This document shows positions 60,322 to 64,000 of a stretch of DNA of 64,000 nt, piece by piece (position 1 is the first letter of the stretch; every line of letters starts with the position of its first letter). The translations under genes were made by a program, and so were the position numbers. The notes beneath the pieces were generated by a model. That model was not told the origin of the DNA. It worked only from the letters and a program-made list of their open reading frames with translations, and did no database searches. Source of the DNA: Stegostoma tigrinum (Eukaryota); contig NC_081362.1 of the NCBI RefSeq assembly GCF_030684315.1, positions 96,145,187-96,209,186 of the forward strand. The letters are read 5' to 3'.

Positions 60322-61285
60322 GTGTGACCCTATCCCTCTCTGTTGATTTGATGAAATGTTTGCTTTGGAGAAGTTTAACTTGTTATAAAAGACCTTTCCA
60401 TGGTTTGTGCTGTTGTGGAGTCTGTGTGAATTCTATAAGTTTGAACACTGAGAACTGGAGGGGGAGTGTCACAGGGAGAAGTTATCACTGGAGATTGTTT
60501 GGTGCAGCTAACACAGAGCTCCACAGGCTTGGAACACAGACCAGAAAAGTGATTAATCCTCACATTGTTTTCTTTCATTCATTGAATGGGAGAAAGGGAT
60601 TGGGGGACAGGCAGCAAATTAAAGTGTGTATTGGGGTGGTTTGGATTAGCCTGTGTGCTCACTGGGTCTCATTGGGGTGGATTTGAAAGACAGTCAACTG
60701 ATTTTACAAAATTGGTGAATTTGCAACTTTGTGATTCAGAATGAGTTTCACCAATCAGCCCATGCAAATGCTCACATCAATTCTCTATAATCCATAACAT
60801 TTCATTTGTTTCATTAAAACATCTCCAGGACTTCAGAAACTGTGAATCAGTTTGAAGTTCTGTATCTGTGATGGCCCCAAACCTTGGATGTGTTCCACAC
60901 TGGGAACATTTCCAAAGATAAAAGTGCTGAATGTCACTTCATGTTTTGAGTCATGATTTTGAAGGAAGGATGTTGATAGTCAGGAGACTGAGGGCATGTC
61001 CTGTTCTTTTTCAAATTGTGCTTTGCGATATTTAAGTCTTCGAATTAAATGACTGAGCACTCCATGCGAAATCTGAGAGAAACAACAGCAGAGTGCAACC
61101 TTCTCCCTGTGGCTGCTGATTGGAGCCAATCCTGCAAGGTGATCTGTTGCCACACTCTTCCATCTTGTACCAGCCTCACTCACCCACTGTAGTTCGACTG
61201 ACACCGCTCTGTGGGATCTGCCCAGTCGACCGGAATATTAGCTTTGAGCCAAGCTCCCGAAATGGACAGCCACAGCTTGCTGCCC
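60322..61285 (-). repeat. Inverted paralog of 22959-24080
   Basis: Collinear reverse-complement similarity; lacks the mini-element inserted at ~23567-23719 in the other copy. Confidence 0.85.
61045..61285 (-). pseudogene. Second, 5'-truncated decayed copy of the same V-set-like exon
   Basis: The reverse complement reads SGAWLKANIPVDWADPTERCQSNYSG*VRLVQDGRVWQQITLQDWLQ...LRFRMECSVI*, collinear with 22959-23226. Confidence 0.42.
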
Positions 61286-61374
61286 TACTTATTACAGAGT
61301 CACAAACTGAGGTCCCCTCTTATTCTTCCATGTTCTGATGGTTGCAGGCCCTGTATTGTTGGGATGGCGTGTTG

Positions 61375-62240
61375 TGCCTGTATAACACATTGGTGAAGCC
61401 TCTTTTGGAGTACTGCATACAGTTCTTTTCATTCTGCTGTAGGAAAGATTTTATTAAATTTGAAAGGGTGTAGAAAAGATTTATCAGGATGTTCCTGGGA
61501 CTGGAGTGTTTGAGTTATCAAGAGAAGGCGGGTATGAGGAGACTTCTTTCCCTGCAATGTAGACTGCCGAGGAGTGACCTTATAGAGGATTCTAAACTCA
61601 TGAGGGCCTTTGACAAGGTGAATAGCGAGTATCTTTTAATCAGGGTAGGGGAGTTAAAAAGGCATGGGTTTAAGGTGACAAGGGAAATTACTAAAAGTGA
61701 CCTGAGAAGGCATAGATAGAGTGGAAATGGCTATTATGAGGGCACAAAATCTTAATATGATTGGAGGAGAGTATAGGGGAGATGTCAGATGTAGGTTCTT
61801 TACACAGAGAGTAGTGGGTCCTTCCCTCTTCTTCCTGTCAAAATATACAGTCTGACATTTCTTCACATTATATTCCATCTGACAAGTTTTTTCCCTTTCA
61901 CTTACCGTGTCAATATCCCTCTGCAGACTTTTTGTTGCTACTTTCCTTCCCACTTATTTCTGTGTTGTCCACAGACTCAGAGGCGGTACGTTTACTTTCC
62001 TAATCCAAGTCATTCATATGTATCGTTAATAATTATGGCCCCAGCACTGACCCCGTGACACGCCAATAGCTTCAGGGTGCCATCCTGAAAATGCCCTCTT
62101 TGTCATCACTCTCTGTCTTCTATTAGTTAGCCAATTCTCTTTCCATACTCATACACTACCTTCAACACCATGGGTCTCTTATGGAGTAGCCTAATGTGTG
62201 GGACATGATCAAATGTGATCTGAAAACACCCAGATATTAC
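61375..62240. mobile_element. CR1 fragments (+ 61375-61820; - 61820-62240)
   Basis: Degenerate RT and 3' sequence similar to the 35042-36233 element. Confidence 0.75.
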
Positions 62241-62529
62241 ATCCACGGCTTAATCTTTTACTAAAGGTAAAATGCTGCAGCTGATGGAAACCTGAAGCAA
62301 ACACAGAATGCAGTAGAAAGTCAACAGTTCTGGCAATATCTATAGAAAGAGAAACAGAGTGAACATTTCATTTTCGATCTGACTCTTCTTCAATCTCTTT
62401 GTTAAGTTGTAATAGTGCCATTACTTTGTTCTGAATATGATGCACGTTCAAGTAAAGAGTCATTAACTTAGCCTTTTTCACATTATTTCCCCCGGTGACC
62501 GTGTATACTGTAGTTTTTCTGTGCGGTAT

Positions 62530-63470
62530 CCTCTGCCCTTTCCTGTCCCTCTCTGGGTATTCTTATCCAAATAGCTGCCTGTAATGCTGCTGTGTCCTTT
62601 TGTTTTGTCAGCCTCCAGACCCTTTCTCCCAAACCCTGCTTCCTTTAATTAGTTTACAGCCCTCTCTACAGCCCTAGTTATTCAATTGACCAGGACACTG
62701 GTCCCAGCACGGTTCAAGTGAAACCTATCCCAAAAGAACAGCTCCCTTTTAACACAGTACTAGTGCCACTCCCATATGAATCAAAACCCATTCCACCCAG
62801 ACCGAACTGAGCCACGTATTTCAGAGATAATGGGAACTGCAGATGCTGGAGAATCCAAGATAACAAAGTGTGAAGCTGAATGAATACATCAGGCCAAGCA
62901 GCATCTCAGGAGCACAAAAGCTGACGTTTCGGGCCTAGACCTTTTATCAGACCCCGAAACGTCAGCTTTTGTGCTCCTGAGATGCTGCTTGGCCTGACGT
63001 GTTCATCCAGCTCCACACTTTGTTATCTGAGCCACGTATTTAACTGCTGGACTGTTTTTTACTTAATGCCAGTTTGCTTGTGGCTAAGGAAGTAATCCAA
63101 AGATTCTTATTCTGGAGATTCTGTTTTAAAATTTATCTCTGAACTTTCAAAGTCTTTCAATGAAACATCCTTTCTTGTACTCGCAATGTCATTGGCCCCA
63201 AGGTGGGCCATTATGATTGGATTCTTCTCCTCCCTCTCCGAGTTCTTCTCCAGGCCCGAGGAGATATCCTTTACCCTGGCACTGGGCAGGCAGCACATGT
63301 CTTTAGACAGCAGGATCTATCCCCCTCATTTTACTGTGCCCTCCCACAATGATGTTCTTCATTATTGTCCCGACCTGACTCACTCTCTTTCCCATGGTGT
63401 CATGGACAATTTGCTCATTCTCCCTACACTCTGACTCAGAAGAACCTTATAACTGCTGGATAACTGCAGG
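62530..63470 (-). mobile_element. CR1 ORF1 (esterase-like) fragment
   Basis: ORF 63107-63298: CCLPSARVKDIS...IMAHLGANDI, the SGNH-type block typical of CR1 ORF1. Confidence 0.7.
62822..63026. mobile_element. Palindromic Penelope-derived mini-element
   Basis: Inverted arms; 15-bp TSD CTGAGCCACGTATTT at 62807-62821 and 63027-63041. Confidence 0.85.
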
Positions 63471-64000
63471 AGCTGAGGCTTATTGTCCTCAGACTTGAGG
63501 TGTTCTGGAACAGCCAGGTTTTAACGTGTGTCAGTCCTGTTCGTCCTTCAGCACCATCTCACTCCTGTCATCACTTGTCCAGCAGCATCACCTTTGGAGG
63601 TCTCTCTGCTGATTGAAATGATACTTCTTGAGCATTCTTCATTTACGATCTCTCCATCATCATTCATTGTGATGGATTGGCTGTGACCCAGGGACATTAA
63701 CCAGTGTTTCTCATCAGCTCATCTACAGTGACAAAATAGTGGTACATTGGAGTTAGGAGGTGCACGTTTGTATGATTTTACCCTGTGAATAAAGATAAGG
63801 TTCATTAAAAATTATCTCCGGTGTTTCTGGATATGCGGATTAAAATACTCTAGTTCTACCTTCTTTGGCCTGATCACTGCACTCTGAAAATGAACCTCTC
63901 ATCCTTTGTATCTCTTGTCTGCCCTTTCATTCCTTAAGAAGCTCCTTACAATCTAATTAATGGTCAGTTCATTGATTTTAGTGACAGTGTTTGAAGGACA

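Overview
Eukaryotic, repeat-rich genomic DNA, most likely from a shark or other cartilaginous fish (inferred from HE1-like V-SINEs, Deu-domain SINEs, CR1/HER1-like LINEs and Penelope-like elements). Reading splice sites by eye gives two same-strand (+) multi-exon immunoglobulin-superfamily receptor genes. Both are built from non-rearranging V domains that already contain a J-like GxG G-strand (germline-joined VJ; TCR-gamma/IgL-like YYCSVW F-strand; no RSS seen). Gene A is 5'-truncated by the window edge and has three or more VJ domains (301-645, 2355-2696, 4494-4841), an uncharged TM exon (5381-5531) and cytoplasmic exons (8423-8466, 9589-9632, 10710-10832) with three ITIM-like motifs, so it looks inhibitory. 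Gene B has a leader (27377-27428), one VJ domain (33742-34077), a TM exon with GxxxG and a LAT-like juxtamembrane CxxC (41030-41164), and a linker exon (42305-42378). Its cytoplasmic exon cassette is tandemly duplicated (~5.25 kb unit) and carries several YxN motifs; only the second copy ends in STYVNL. Two decayed, mutually inverted copies of a different Ig V-like segment flank gene B. The rest is CR1, Rex1-like, Penelope-like (with minimal hammerhead motifs) and SINE debris plus tandem repeats. All gene models come from splice signals and reading-frame phase alone, with no transcript evidence. Repeat boundaries are approximate.
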